NCBI GenBank assembly: GCA_041821645.1
Contig: JBGUDX010000001.1
Span: 1 to 34,186, forward strand
Reading direction: 5' to 3'
Origin: Acidobacteriota bacterium
GTDB taxonomy: Bacteria; Actinomycetota; Thermoleophilia; Solirubrobacterales; 70-9
Length of the DNA: 34,186 bases
Shown: positions 1 to 7,820 of the stretch, in pieces
Numbering within the stretch: position 1 is the stretch's first letter
Layout: every line of letters begins with the position of its first letter
The notes under the pieces: generated by a model
The model's database searches: none
What the model saw: only the letters and a program-made list of their open reading frames with translations
Told to the model about the DNA's origin: nothing
Program-made: the position numbers and the translations under genes

Positions 1-31
1 GTTCCGGGCGGGCGGGCCCGTTCGCCGGCGT

Positions 32-1564
32 TCAGCGGCCGAAGCGCCTCAGGCCGCGAGCGGTGATGAATGTGGTCAGCTTGTTGACCAGTTCGCGGCG
101 GCTCTGGGTGTAGGGGAACCAGATCGGCTCGTCCCTGGTCGAGAACCTGGCACTGACGATCGCCTCCGAGCGGCAGTACTTCCGGATTCCGTACTCGGCG
201 TGGCGGTAGCCGACCCCCGACTCCTTCCAGCCGCCCATCGGCACACCGAGCGCAGCGAAGTTGAACAGCACATCGTTGACGTTGACCGCTCCACACTCGA
301 TCCGGCGCGCGATGCCTTCGGCCTTGCGTGACGGACCGAACACCGTGGCCGACAGCCCGTAGCGGGTGTCGTTGGCCAGCCGGACGGCTTCCTCGGCGTC
401 GGCGACCTTCATCACTCCGACGACCGGTCCGAAAGTCTCGTCCCGCATCAGCTCCATCGAATGATCGACATCGACCACAACGGTGGGTTCGTAGTAGTCG
501 CCCGGGCCGTCAAGCCGCTTGCCGCCGGTAAGCGCGCGGGCGCCACGTTCGAGCGCATCCTTGACCTGATCGGCCACGTGGTCGGCCTGGTTGGGCGAGG
601 TCATCGCGCCGACGTCGCAGCCGTACTCGCGGCCGTCGGACCCCTGCTTCAACTCCTTGACCGATTCGGTCAGCTTGGCCACGAACTCGTCGTAGGCCGG
701 CTCCTCGACGTAGATCCGCTCGACCGACATGCAGACCTGGCCGGAATTGGTCATGCCGCCCCAGGCGGCCGCATTGGCTGCCCGCTCGATATTCGAACCG
801 TCGAGCACAACCATCGGGTCTTTTCCTCCGAGCTCGAGGCTGACCGGGGTCAGGGTCTCGGCGGCCCGGGCCATGACCAGCCTGCCGACCCGGTCGGAGC
901 CGGTGAAGCCGATGAAGTCGGACTCATCGACCAGCGCGGTCGAGGTGTCGGCGGTTCCCTGGACGCAGGCGAACACATCCGGCCCGCCGATCTCGTCGCG
1001 CCATGCGTCGACCACTTCCTGGGCTCCGAGCGGGGTGAATTCGGACGGTTTCAGAACCACGGCGGCACCGGCCATGAGGGCCGGGATGGCGTCGCCGATC
1101 GAGAGGATCAGGGGAAAATTCCAGGGGCTGATCAGGCCGACGACCTGGTGGGGCCGGTACTGGACCCTCAGCTTGTGGGTCGCGCTGAGCAGTGAGTGGG
1201 GCCGGACCTTTTTCTCGCCGAGGAATTTCTCCGCCCGCGAGCCGTAAAAGTTGACCATGTCGGTGAGATAGCCCGTTTCATACGAGGCCTCGGCCCGGAT
1301 TTTTCCGGTCTCGGCCTGCATCGTGTCGGCGATGCGCTCGGAGTTGTCGAGCAGCCAGTCGCGAAGCCGGTTCAGCCACCGTCGACGGCCCGCGAAGCCG
1401 AGCGCTTCCCAGGCCGGCTGGTTGGCCCGGACCCGGGCGACGGTCGCCTGGACCGCCTCAGGTGAGTCGACCGGGAGGGAGGCGAATGATTCGCCGGTCG
1501 CCGGGTTGAACACCTCTATCGCGTCGGTTGCGTCCGTTCCGCTGATTGTCTCTGCTGCACCCAT
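32..1564 (-). CDS. NAD(P)+-dependent aldehyde dehydrogenase (ALDH superfamily, about 510-aa GabD2-like length class)
   Basis: 510-aa ORF. ALDH hallmarks are present: 'ELGGKDP' (catalytic Glu motif), 'NSGQVCMSVERIYV' (catalytic Cys) and 'FTGSDRVG'. A GAGGAG RBS lies 5 nt upstream of the ATG at 1564. Confidence 0.9.
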   Translation of the reverse strand: MGAAETISGTDATDAIEVFNPATGESFASLPVDSPEAVQATVARVRANQPAWEALGFAGRRRWLNRLRDWLLDNSERIADTMQAETGKIRAEASYETGYLTDMVNFYGSRAEKFLGEKKVRPHSLLSATHKLRVQYRPHQVVGLISPWNFPLILSIGDAIPALMAGAAVVLKPSEFTPLGAQEVVDAWRDEIGGPDVFACVQGTADTSTALVDESDFIGFTGSDRVGRLVMARAAETLTPVSLELGGKDPMVVLDGSNIERAANAAAWGGMTNSGQVCMSVERIYVEEPAYDEFVAKLTESVKELKQGSDGREYGCDVGAMTSPNQADHVADQVKDALERGARALTGGKRLDGPGDYYEPTVVVDVDHSMELMRDETFGPVVGVMKVADAEEAVRLANDTRYGLSATVFGPSRKAEGIARRIECGAVNVNDVLFNFAALGVPMGGWKESGVGYRHAEYGIRKYCRSEAIVSARFSTRDEPIWFPYTQSRRELVNKLTTFITARGLRRFGR

Positions 1565-1649
1565 CTGGTCTCCTCGCTGTCCGGCGGCCCGCTTGTCGCC
1601 GCCCGCTGTCTGCCCATCATGACTTCTTTACGGGTTGTTCTCCCGCCGG

Positions 1650-3053
1650 CTACTTCTTCGTCGTTTTCTTTTCGGTCTTCTTGGCCGGCACGGCTTTCTG
1701 TTCGAGGCGGTAGATCTCGCCCAAATTGCTGAACAGGTATACCCGCCCCCAGCCGTCTTCGCCGATTCCGTTGAGCGCCGTGTGTCGTCCCCGGCCCGGC
1801 GGCATGGCGGACCCGAGACTCCGGTCATCGGTGATCCATTGATCATCCGGCAACGCGGTTCTCACCCGGTTCGAGCAGAAATCGCCGTAGATGATCCGCC
1901 CCCTGATCTTGCTCAGCGCCGGATCCCTGACGACCGGCCCGCCGATCACAGCGCACCCGCGGGAGTGGGAGTAGGTCAGGACGGGCCAGACCACGTCCGG
2001 GGGATCAGCCACCGGGAGGCCGGCCGGGCAGAGCTCGCGGTCGCAGTCGTACGGCATGACCCCCTCGTAGATTTTCCAGCCGAAGTTGGCGCCCCAGGCC
2101 AAGCGGAACGGCAGGTTGTTGATTTCCTCGAAGCGCTGCTGACCGACATCGGTGATGGTCATCTCGAGTTCGCCGCCGGCGGGCCTGTGGAAACTGAAGG
2201 CGTGCGGGTTGCGCAGGCCGTAGGCGAATACCTCCCCCCGGCCGGGGCCGCCGGCGAACGGGTTTGAGCGGGGGATCCGGTATGTGCGCCCGCTCGTCTG
2301 GTCGGCCCTCGGATCGATCCTCAGAATCTTGCCGCGCAGGCTATGCAGGTTCTGGGCCAGATTGAGCGAGTCTCCCGGGTCGTTGCCGTCACCGACCGCT
2401 ATGTAGAGCAGACCTCCGAGAAACCGGATCGCGCCGCCGTTGTGACTGCCACCCTGGCTCACCCGCGGTATTCGAAGCACCGGTCGCCGGCTCTTCTCCG
2501 ATGATTGGAGCGGCTTCTTCGGGTTGCGGGTGAACTGGTCGATGCGGATGTCGCCTTTGCGATCGGTGTAATCGACGTAGAAGTGGCCGGTCTTCTGGTA
2601 GTCAGGTGGGAAGGCGAGGCCGAGCAGGCCCTGCTCGATCCGGAGCGAGCCGACCAGGTCGGAGATGTCGAGGAACGGTTTCGGCAGGGGGCGGCCCTGG
2701 CGGATCGCCCGGATCTTGCCGGTCCGCTGGGTCACGAAGATCACCTTCTTGTGTCCCGGAGCAGCCACGACCGCGGTAGGGCCCTTCACCTTGGCGACCA
2801 GGTCAAAGCCGATCTTCAGTTTCGCCTGGGCCTGCCCGGCCACCGGGAACAGCGAGAGACCGGCGAGAAGCAGGAGCGTCGCCGCGACGCAGACCCCGGC
2901 CGGGGTCCGGGATCGGCCGGGGGGCCGGTGGTCGGCGGCCGGGGCGGTCAGGTGGGGCGATGACACTGGTCCCGGGCCACGGCCCCGGACGTCGGTCGGG
3001 CCTTCGGTCGGTTTTTCGGTCGGGCCTTCGGTCCGGCCTTCGGTCGGGTTCAT
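1650..3053 (-). CDS. PQQ-dependent (soluble glucose/sorbosone dehydrogenase-like) beta-propeller sugar dehydrogenase, paralogue 2, secreted or anchored
   Basis: GSDH-family motifs: 'SHNGGAIRF..LYIAVGDG', 'GKILRIDP', 'FAYGLRNPHAFSF', 'ANFGWKIYEG'. I start it at the ATG at 3053, which forms an ATGA overlap with the upstream paralogue's stop. The 149 codons upstream in the 616-aa ORF overlap that gene in another frame. A hydrophobic signal or anchor 'VCVAATLLLLAGLSLFPVAGQAQA' is present. An alternative GTG start exists at 2966. Confidence 0.8.
   Translation of the reverse strand: MNPTEGRTEGPTEKPTEGPTDVRGRGPGPVSSPHLTAPAADHRPPGRSRTPAGVCVAATLLLLAGLSLFPVAGQAQAKLKIGFDLVAKVKGPTAVVAAPGHKKVIFVTQRTGKIRAIRQGRPLPKPFLDISDLVGSLRIEQGLLGLAFPPDYQKTGHFYVDYTDRKGDIRIDQFTRNPKKPLQSSEKSRRPVLRIPRVSQGGSHNGGAIRFLGGLLYIAVGDGNDPGDSLNLAQNLHSLRGKILRIDPRADQTSGRTYRIPRSNPFAGGPGRGEVFAYGLRNPHAFSFHRPAGGELEMTITDVGQQRFEEINNLPFRLAWGANFGWKIYEGVMPYDCDRELCPAGLPVADPPDVVWPVLTYSHSRGCAVIGGPVVRDPALSKIRGRIIYGDFCSNRVRTALPDDQWITDDRSLGSAMPPGRGRHTALNGIGEDGWGRVYLFSNLGEIYRLEQKAVPAKKTEKKTTKK
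2994..3053 (-). repeat. 5 x 12-bp tandem repeat (ggtcgggccttc-type units) encoding a tetrapeptide repeat (MNPT/EGRT/EGPT/EKPT/EGPT) at the 5' end of the downstream dehydrogenase paralogue
   Basis: Read directly from the sequence. The units are 2994-3005, 3006-3017, 3018-3029, 3030-3041 and 3042-3053, with 1-4 mismatches between units. Confidence 0.85.
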
Positions 3054-4294
3054 TGGGTGAGCCGGAGCAGTGAGCCCTCGAGTGTTGTCATGAACACGGT
3101 GCCTCGTTGGTTCGCCCCGAATGAAGAAATCTGTGGCACGGTCAGGCCGGTGGAGCCGGGCGATTTGACCCTGCCGGAACCGGGCCGGAATCGGCGGATC
3201 CGGTTGTCGCACAGGTCGGTGAAGATGTAGCGGCCGCGGAGCGCCGGAACCTTTCGGTCGTCCACGACCAGCCCGCCGATCACCGAGCAGGCCTCCGGGT
3301 GGCGCAGCACCAGTTTCGGCTTGATCGTGCCCGGGATCGGGGAGCCCGCGAAATCGGAAAAGCCTTCGAACGCGTTCCAGCCGAAGTTGGCGCCCCGGGC
3401 CCGGCTCAGCGGCAGATCGTTGACTTCCTCGAATTTGTCCTGGCCGACGTCTGCGATCAGCATTCTCGGTTTCCCGGACCGCCTCAGGTCGAATGACCAC
3501 CGGAACGGGTTGCGCAACCCGTAGGCGAAGATCTCGTCGCGACCCGGCCGGCCGACGAACGGGTTCGAGCCCGGAACCGAATACGGCCGGCCGCCCCCCG
3601 CCCGGGGGTCGATCCGGATCATCTTGCCGAGCAGTGAACCGAGGTTCTGGGCGTTGCCGTCGGCGTCGCCGCCACCGCCACCGTCGCCGGTGGCGAAGTA
3701 GAGGTTTCTGCCGAGGAAATGCAGCTGGCCGCCGTTGTGGTTCGCGTTGTCGCGGTGGGGGATGGTGATGACCCGGCGCCCCGAGTTGCGGCGGGCCCGG
3801 ACCGCGGTCCGCCGCCTGAACTCGTCCACCCTGATGTCACCGGTGGAGTCGGTGTAATAGACGTAGAACCGCTTGCTCTTCCTGTAGCCGGGCGGGAAGG
3901 CGATCGAGAGCAGGCCGCGTTCGCCACCCGATTCGACCCGCCCCCTGATGTCGAGGAAAGGCCGGGCCAGTTTGCGGCCCCGCCGGAGCACCCGGACCCG
4001 CCCCTCCTGCTCGACTACGAACATCAGCCGGGGAAAACCGGGGGCCGACTTGACTTCCACCGGTCGGTTGAAGTCGGCGACGGTGACCAGCTTCGGGCCT
4101 CCGCGGCCGGCGCTGACCTGGCTCTCCCGGTCCGATCCGCCTCTCTCATCGGCGCAGGCGGTCGCGCTGGTCGCCAGCGCGATGATCGTGAAAACCAGGC
4201 CGAGCCCGGCAGGGCGCAGCCGGAACAGTCCCGAGCCGGCACGACGCAGCCGCCCGGCTGGTGTTCTCCCGTTTTTCCCTGGCCCGCCGCCCAT
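3050..4294 (-). CDS. PQQ-dependent (glucose/sorbosone dehydrogenase-like) beta-propeller sugar dehydrogenase, paralogue 1, secreted or anchored
   Basis: 414-aa ORF with 'NHNGGQLHF..LYFATGDGG', 'GKMIRIDP', 'FAYGLRNPFRWSFD' and 'ANFGWNAFEG'. The N-terminus has a basic region plus hydrophobic segment 'LGLVFTIIALATSATAC'. Confidence 0.8.
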   Translation of the reverse strand: MGGGPGKNGRTPAGRLRRAGSGLFRLRPAGLGLVFTIIALATSATACADERGGSDRESQVSAGRGGPKLVTVADFNRPVEVKSAPGFPRLMFVVEQEGRVRVLRRGRKLARPFLDIRGRVESGGERGLLSIAFPPGYRKSKRFYVYYTDSTGDIRVDEFRRRTAVRARRNSGRRVITIPHRDNANHNGGQLHFLGRNLYFATGDGGGGGDADGNAQNLGSLLGKMIRIDPRAGGGRPYSVPGSNPFVGRPGRDEIFAYGLRNPFRWSFDLRRSGKPRMLIADVGQDKFEEVNDLPLSRARGANFGWNAFEGFSDFAGSPIPGTIKPKLVLRHPEACSVIGGLVVDDRKVPALRGRYIFTDLCDNRIRRFRPGSGRVKSPGSTGLTVPQISSFGANQRGTVFMTTLEGSLLRLTQ

Positions 4295-4306
4295 CGGACC
4301 GCGATT

Positions 4307-4999
4307 CTACTTGGAGCCCCGCTCCTGCTGCTTCAGGCTGAGCTGCTCGGCGTTGCTGATCGGCACGACCTGGCCCTTTTCGTTGACCCGAGTCAGTCGT
4401 GCCCGGCCAGTGATTCTGGCCGGCAGAACCCCCCGCGGCTGCTCGCCGGCGTTGTCGACCGCGACCGAGTCCCCGCCGAGGCCGGCCGATATCCGGTACG
4501 AGACCCGGTAGTTCCCCGGCTTCGCCGCGGTGACCCGCCAGATCATCCTGGCCGTCGCGCCGGGTTCGAGCTCCCTGAAGTTGAAGGTGCGCTCACTCGA
4601 AGTCGAAGCCCCGCCGCGCCCGGTGGTCCCGGCGAGCTTGGGGTAGCCGTTCTCCAGAACCCAGACGGGGCGCTGGTCGTAAGCCAGTCCCGGCTGCGGA
4701 TTGGCGTAGGCGAAGGCCAGGGTCGAGCCGCGACCGGGCAGGCCGATCACCGCGTTGATCGCCGGGATGGTCTCCTCGCCGGTGTTCTCTACGGCAAGTC
4801 GGAAGTCGTAGGTCTTGGAGATCGTCTGGCGGGGCTTGAACGTCGCGCGCTTCACCTCCACCGGGTACTCGCCGGCCGCCTCATTGTCGTACTGGGCTCC
4901 GACTTCTTCGCTGCCGCATCCGGAGACGGCCGCAATCACCACCACGCCGGTCAAGGCCGTGCTCAGGGCGATTCTGAGATGTCTGCTCGTCCCCCACAA
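4307..4999 (-). CDS. putative lipoprotein (unknown function), first gene of the dehydrogenase operon
   Basis: TTG start. The signal peptide has a lipobox: 'HLRIALSTALTGVVVIAAVSGC'. GC3-rich frame. It ends 12 nt upstream of the next gene on the same strand. Confidence 0.6.
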   Translation of the reverse strand: MWGTSRHLRIALSTALTGVVVIAAVSGCGSEEVGAQYDNEAAGEYPVEVKRATFKPRQTISKTYDFRLAVENTGEETIPAINAVIGLPGRGSTLAFAYANPQPGLAYDQRPVWVLENGYPKLAGTTGRGGASTSSERTFNFRELEPGATARMIWRVTAAKPGNYRVSYRISAGLGGDSVAVDNAGEQPRGVLPARITGRARLTRVNEKGQVVPISNAEQLSLKQQERGSK

Positions 5000-5114
5000 G
5001 ACGGCCGAAACATACCACGCGTGTGTCTACGGTCACGGACGCCGGGAATTCCCATACACTCCCGATCACGGCGGCAGAAGGCGTTTCCGATGATCCGAAA
5101 GTCGCCCAGGAGAG

Positions 5115-5921
5115 ATGGTAAAAGCAACCGCAACAAGGGCCTTCGAGCCCGCGAGGGCGACGTTTACCGAGGCCGGCGAGGTTGTGATCCTCACCGGCCG
5201 GACGCTCATCTCGGCGGTTAAAGCTCCCTATCCCTACGGGAATGAACTCATCGGCCAGTTCCTGTTCGCGCTTCAGCTCTGCTGGTTCCCGATGTTGATT
5301 TCCACCATCGCGTTCGGCTTCGGCGCGCCGGGCCTTCAGGCGGCCAACTTCCTGTCGCTGTTCGGTGCGCTCGACCGGCTCGGTGGCTTTTTCGTGCTCG
5401 CCTCGATTCGTGAGTTCGCCCCGTTCGTGACCGCGGTGGTCGTCGCCGGCGTCGCCGGCACCGCGATTACCGCCGACCTCGGTGCCCGCAAGATCCGGGA
5501 AGAACTGGACGCGCTCCAGGTCCTCGGAGTCGATCCGATCAAGAACCTGGTCGTACCGCGATTTCTCGCCCTGATGCTGATCACCGCCCTGCTCGACATC
5601 TACGCCGTGCTGTTCGGGATCAGCGGTGGCATCGGAGCCGAGATCCTCTACAACCAGCCGCTGGGAGGTTTCTTCGCGACGCTGTTCGCCAACGCGTCTA
5701 CCACCGAACTCGCCGCCTCGGTCATCAAGACCGCCCTGTTCGGATCGATCATCGCGGTCGTCTGCTGTTACAAGGGCATGACCGCCACCGGCGGTGCGGC
5801 CGGGGTCGGCCGGGCGGTCAACGAGGCCGTGGTCGCGGCCCTGCTCGGGGTGTTCTTCTTCAACTACGTGTTCACACAGACCATGCTGGCGACCAACCCC
5901 GACCTGCAGACGATCAAGTAA
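5115..5921 (+). CDS. MlaE/YrbE-family ABC transporter permease (YrbEA-like)
   Basis: 268-aa polytopic membrane protein with typical MlaE/YrbE features ('REELDALQVLGVDP', C-terminal 'CCYKGMTATGGAAGVGRAVNEAVV'). An AGGAGA RBS lies directly upstream of the ATG. Confidence 0.9.
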   Translation: MVKATATRAFEPARATFTEAGEVVILTGRTLISAVKAPYPYGNELIGQFLFALQLCWFPMLISTIAFGFGAPGLQAANFLSLFGALDRLGGFFVLASIREFAPFVTAVVVAGVAGTAITADLGARKIREELDALQVLGVDPIKNLVVPRFLALMLITALLDIYAVLFGISGGIGAEILYNQPLGGFFATLFANASTTELAASVIKTALFGSIIAVVCCYKGMTATGGAAGVGRAVNEAVVAALLGVFFFNYVFTQTMLATNPDLQTIK

Positions 5922-6721
5922 TGCGCGGCGGCTGGCTGACAGTTCCGCGCAGCTTCCTGGAGTCCATGGGGGAGATCTTCCGGTTCTGCTCGATGGTGGT
6001 CAGCCACGTCTTCTCCGGCCGGGTCCTCAAGTACTTCGGAGAGGCGCTCAATCAGGCCGGCATCCTGATTCTCGGTTCGACCACGGTGATCTTCGGCCTC
6101 GTATTCGTGATCGGACTGACCTGCGGGATCGAGGGCGCCTACTTCAACCGTTCGGTCGGCGCTCCGGCATACGCGGGAGTTTTCGCGGCCTGGTGCGACC
6201 TGCGCGAAGCGGTTCCCTACGCGTTCGGCTACATGCTGTCGGCCAAGGTCGGGACCGGAATCGTGGCCGAGCTCGGAGCGATGCGGATTTCGGATGAGAT
6301 CGACGCGCTCGAGGTGATGGGTGTGCCTCCGGTCACCTTCCTCGCGGCGACCCGGCTGCTCGGCGCCTGGATGACCCTTCCGTTCATGTACATGGCGGCG
6401 ATCGGCGTCGGTTATCTCGCTTCATACATCGCCGTCGTGGAGCAGATCGGCGACGTCTCCTCCGGCGGCTACTTATTGATCTTCTGGGCCTTCCAGAACC
6501 CACCCGACATCTTATTCTCGGTAATCAAGGCGATGACCATGGCGACGGTGATCGTCCTGGTCGGCTGCTACTACGGGTACACGGCATCGGGGGGACCGGT
6601 CGGCGTGGGCACCGCCACGGCGAAATCGATGGTCCTGAATATCATCCTGGTGCACATCATCGGTATGTTGGGCACCCTGGTTTTCTGGGGCGCCAATCCA
6701 CGAGCGCCGATAGGAGGGTGA
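5921..6721 (+). CDS. MlaE/YrbE-family ABC transporter permease (YrbEB-like)
   Basis: Paralogue of the previous gene ('SDEIDALEVMGVPP', 'GCYYGYTASGGPVGVGTATAKSMV'). Its start overlaps the upstream stop by 1 nt (TAATG). Confidence 0.9.
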   Translation: MRGGWLTVPRSFLESMGEIFRFCSMVVSHVFSGRVLKYFGEALNQAGILILGSTTVIFGLVFVIGLTCGIEGAYFNRSVGAPAYAGVFAAWCDLREAVPYAFGYMLSAKVGTGIVAELGAMRISDEIDALEVMGVPPVTFLAATRLLGAWMTLPFMYMAAIGVGYLASYIAVVEQIGDVSSGGYLLIFWAFQNPPDILFSVIKAMTMATVIVLVGCYYGYTASGGPVGVGTATAKSMVLNIILVHIIGMLGTLVFWGANPRAPIGG

Positions 6722-6725
6722 GGTT

Positions 6726-7820
6726 TTGAGCCAAGCAGACGAGACCGGGCAGCAGCCCGTCAACCAGCCAGAGGAGTCCCCCGAAGTCGAGGCGGCAGTC
6801 GATCGGGTCGAGCCCGGCGAACCCGACGGGGTGGCGGCCGAGGTCGAGGCCAGCGACGAGGCCGTGGACGGCAGCGCCGAAGAGGTGGAAGCCGGGGTGG
6901 CGGCCGAGGAGTCTTCGGTCAAGGTCATCGGGGGGCGTGTCACGGACAGTGGCTTCGTGGCCAGCGACGGGGCGGTTCTCGGCCGCGACTTCACGCTGCC
7001 GGGTGTTGCCCCCGGCGACAACGACCCGTACAAGTGGCACACCGGGGCCAAGCTCGATCACGGTGGCACCGACGCGATCGAGATCTCCGGCCTGGTCAAG
7101 CAGTTCGGCCGTGCCAGGATTCTCAACGGACTCGACCTCGGCCTGCCCAATGATCAGATCTCAATGGTGCTGGGGCCGTCCGGAACCGGCAAAAGCGTGT
7201 TGATCAAGTGCATCGTCGGCCTGCTCTATCCGGATGCCGGCGACATCCTGGTCAAGGGCGATTCGGTGCCCGCACTGAGCGACGACGACCTGTTCGAGTT
7301 GCGCAAGAAGTTCGGCCTGCTGTTCCAGGACGGCGCGCTGTTCGGTTCGATGAACATCTTCGACAACGTCGCTTTCCCGCTCCGCCAGCACACCGACAAG
7401 GGCGAGGATGAAATCGAGGAGATCTGCAGCCGGCGGCTGCGTGAGGTCGGCCTGGGTGAGGCTCACTACAAGATGCCGAACGAGCTTTCCGGCGGGATGC
7501 GCAAACGGGCCGGTTTCGCCCGGGCTCTGGTGCTCGATCCCGAGATCGTCATGTTCGATGAGCCCGACTCCGGGCTCGATCCGGTCCGTACCGCGCTTCT
7601 GTGCGAGTTGATCCGCGAGGTCCACGCCGAGAACGGCGGCTGCTACCTGGTGATCAGCCACGATTTGAACACCGCACGTCGGATCGCCGACTTCATCGCG
7701 GTTCTCTGGAAGGGGCGGATCGTCGAGCAAGGCCCCAAGGAGGAGCTCTTCGAGTCCGAGAACGAATTCGTCCACCAGTTCCTCCGGGCTGACGTGACCG
7801 GGCCCCTGGCGATGGATTGA
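6726..7820 (+). CDS. Mkl/MceG/MlaF-type ABC ATPase with an acidic N-terminal extension of about 115 aa
   Basis: Walker A 'GPSGTGKS', 'LFQDGALFGSMNIFDNVAFPLRQHT', signature 'LSGGMRKRAGFARAL', Walker B 'VMFDEPDSGLDP'. TTG start 7 nt after a GGAGGG RBS. The next in-frame alternative start is the GTG at 6957. Confidence 0.9.
   Translation: MSQADETGQQPVNQPEESPEVEAAVDRVEPGEPDGVAAEVEASDEAVDGSAEEVEAGVAAEESSVKVIGGRVTDSGFVASDGAVLGRDFTLPGVAPGDNDPYKWHTGAKLDHGGTDAIEISGLVKQFGRARILNGLDLGLPNDQISMVLGPSGTGKSVLIKCIVGLLYPDAGDILVKGDSVPALSDDDLFELRKKFGLLFQDGALFGSMNIFDNVAFPLRQHTDKGEDEIEEICSRRLREVGLGEAHYKMPNELSGGMRKRAGFARALVLDPEIVMFDEPDSGLDPVRTALLCELIREVHAENGGCYLVISHDLNTARRIADFIAVLWKGRIVEQGPKEELFESENEFVHQFLRADVTGPLAMD

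Noticed and set aside
1-31. GC hairpin (CGGGC-N6-GCCCG) downstream of the aldehyde dehydrogenase stop, as a terminator.
   Set aside because: The stem is only 5 bp, there is no U-tract, and it is truncated by the window edge. The evidence is insufficient.
2994-3053. The tandem repeat as a CRISPR-like or mobile-element feature.
   Set aside because: The units are only 12 bp, directly abutting with no spacers, and in frame inside or at the edge of a CDS. No cas or transposase genes occur anywhere in the window.
3054-3500. N-terminal 149 codons of the 616-aa ORF 1650-3500.
   Set aside because: This part overlaps the C-terminal propeller blades of the upstream paralogue in another frame and translates to Arg-rich junk. 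The internal ATG at 3053 gives an ATGA stop-start overlap and a sensible signal sequence.
3050-4294. Twin-arginine (Tat) signal on dehydrogenase paralogue 1 ('GRLRRAGSGLFRL').
   Set aside because: An RR pair is present, but the surrounding residues do not fit the S/T-R-R-x-F-L-K consensus well. I cannot distinguish Sec from Tat by eye.
3719-5221. 500-aa ORF on the plus strand.
   Set aside because: It runs antisense to two well-supported minus-strand genes (dehydrogenase paralogue 1 and the lipoprotein). The translation is Arg/Pro/Gly/Ala-rich with no motifs. This is a typical shadow ORF of GC-rich DNA, where stop codons are rare.
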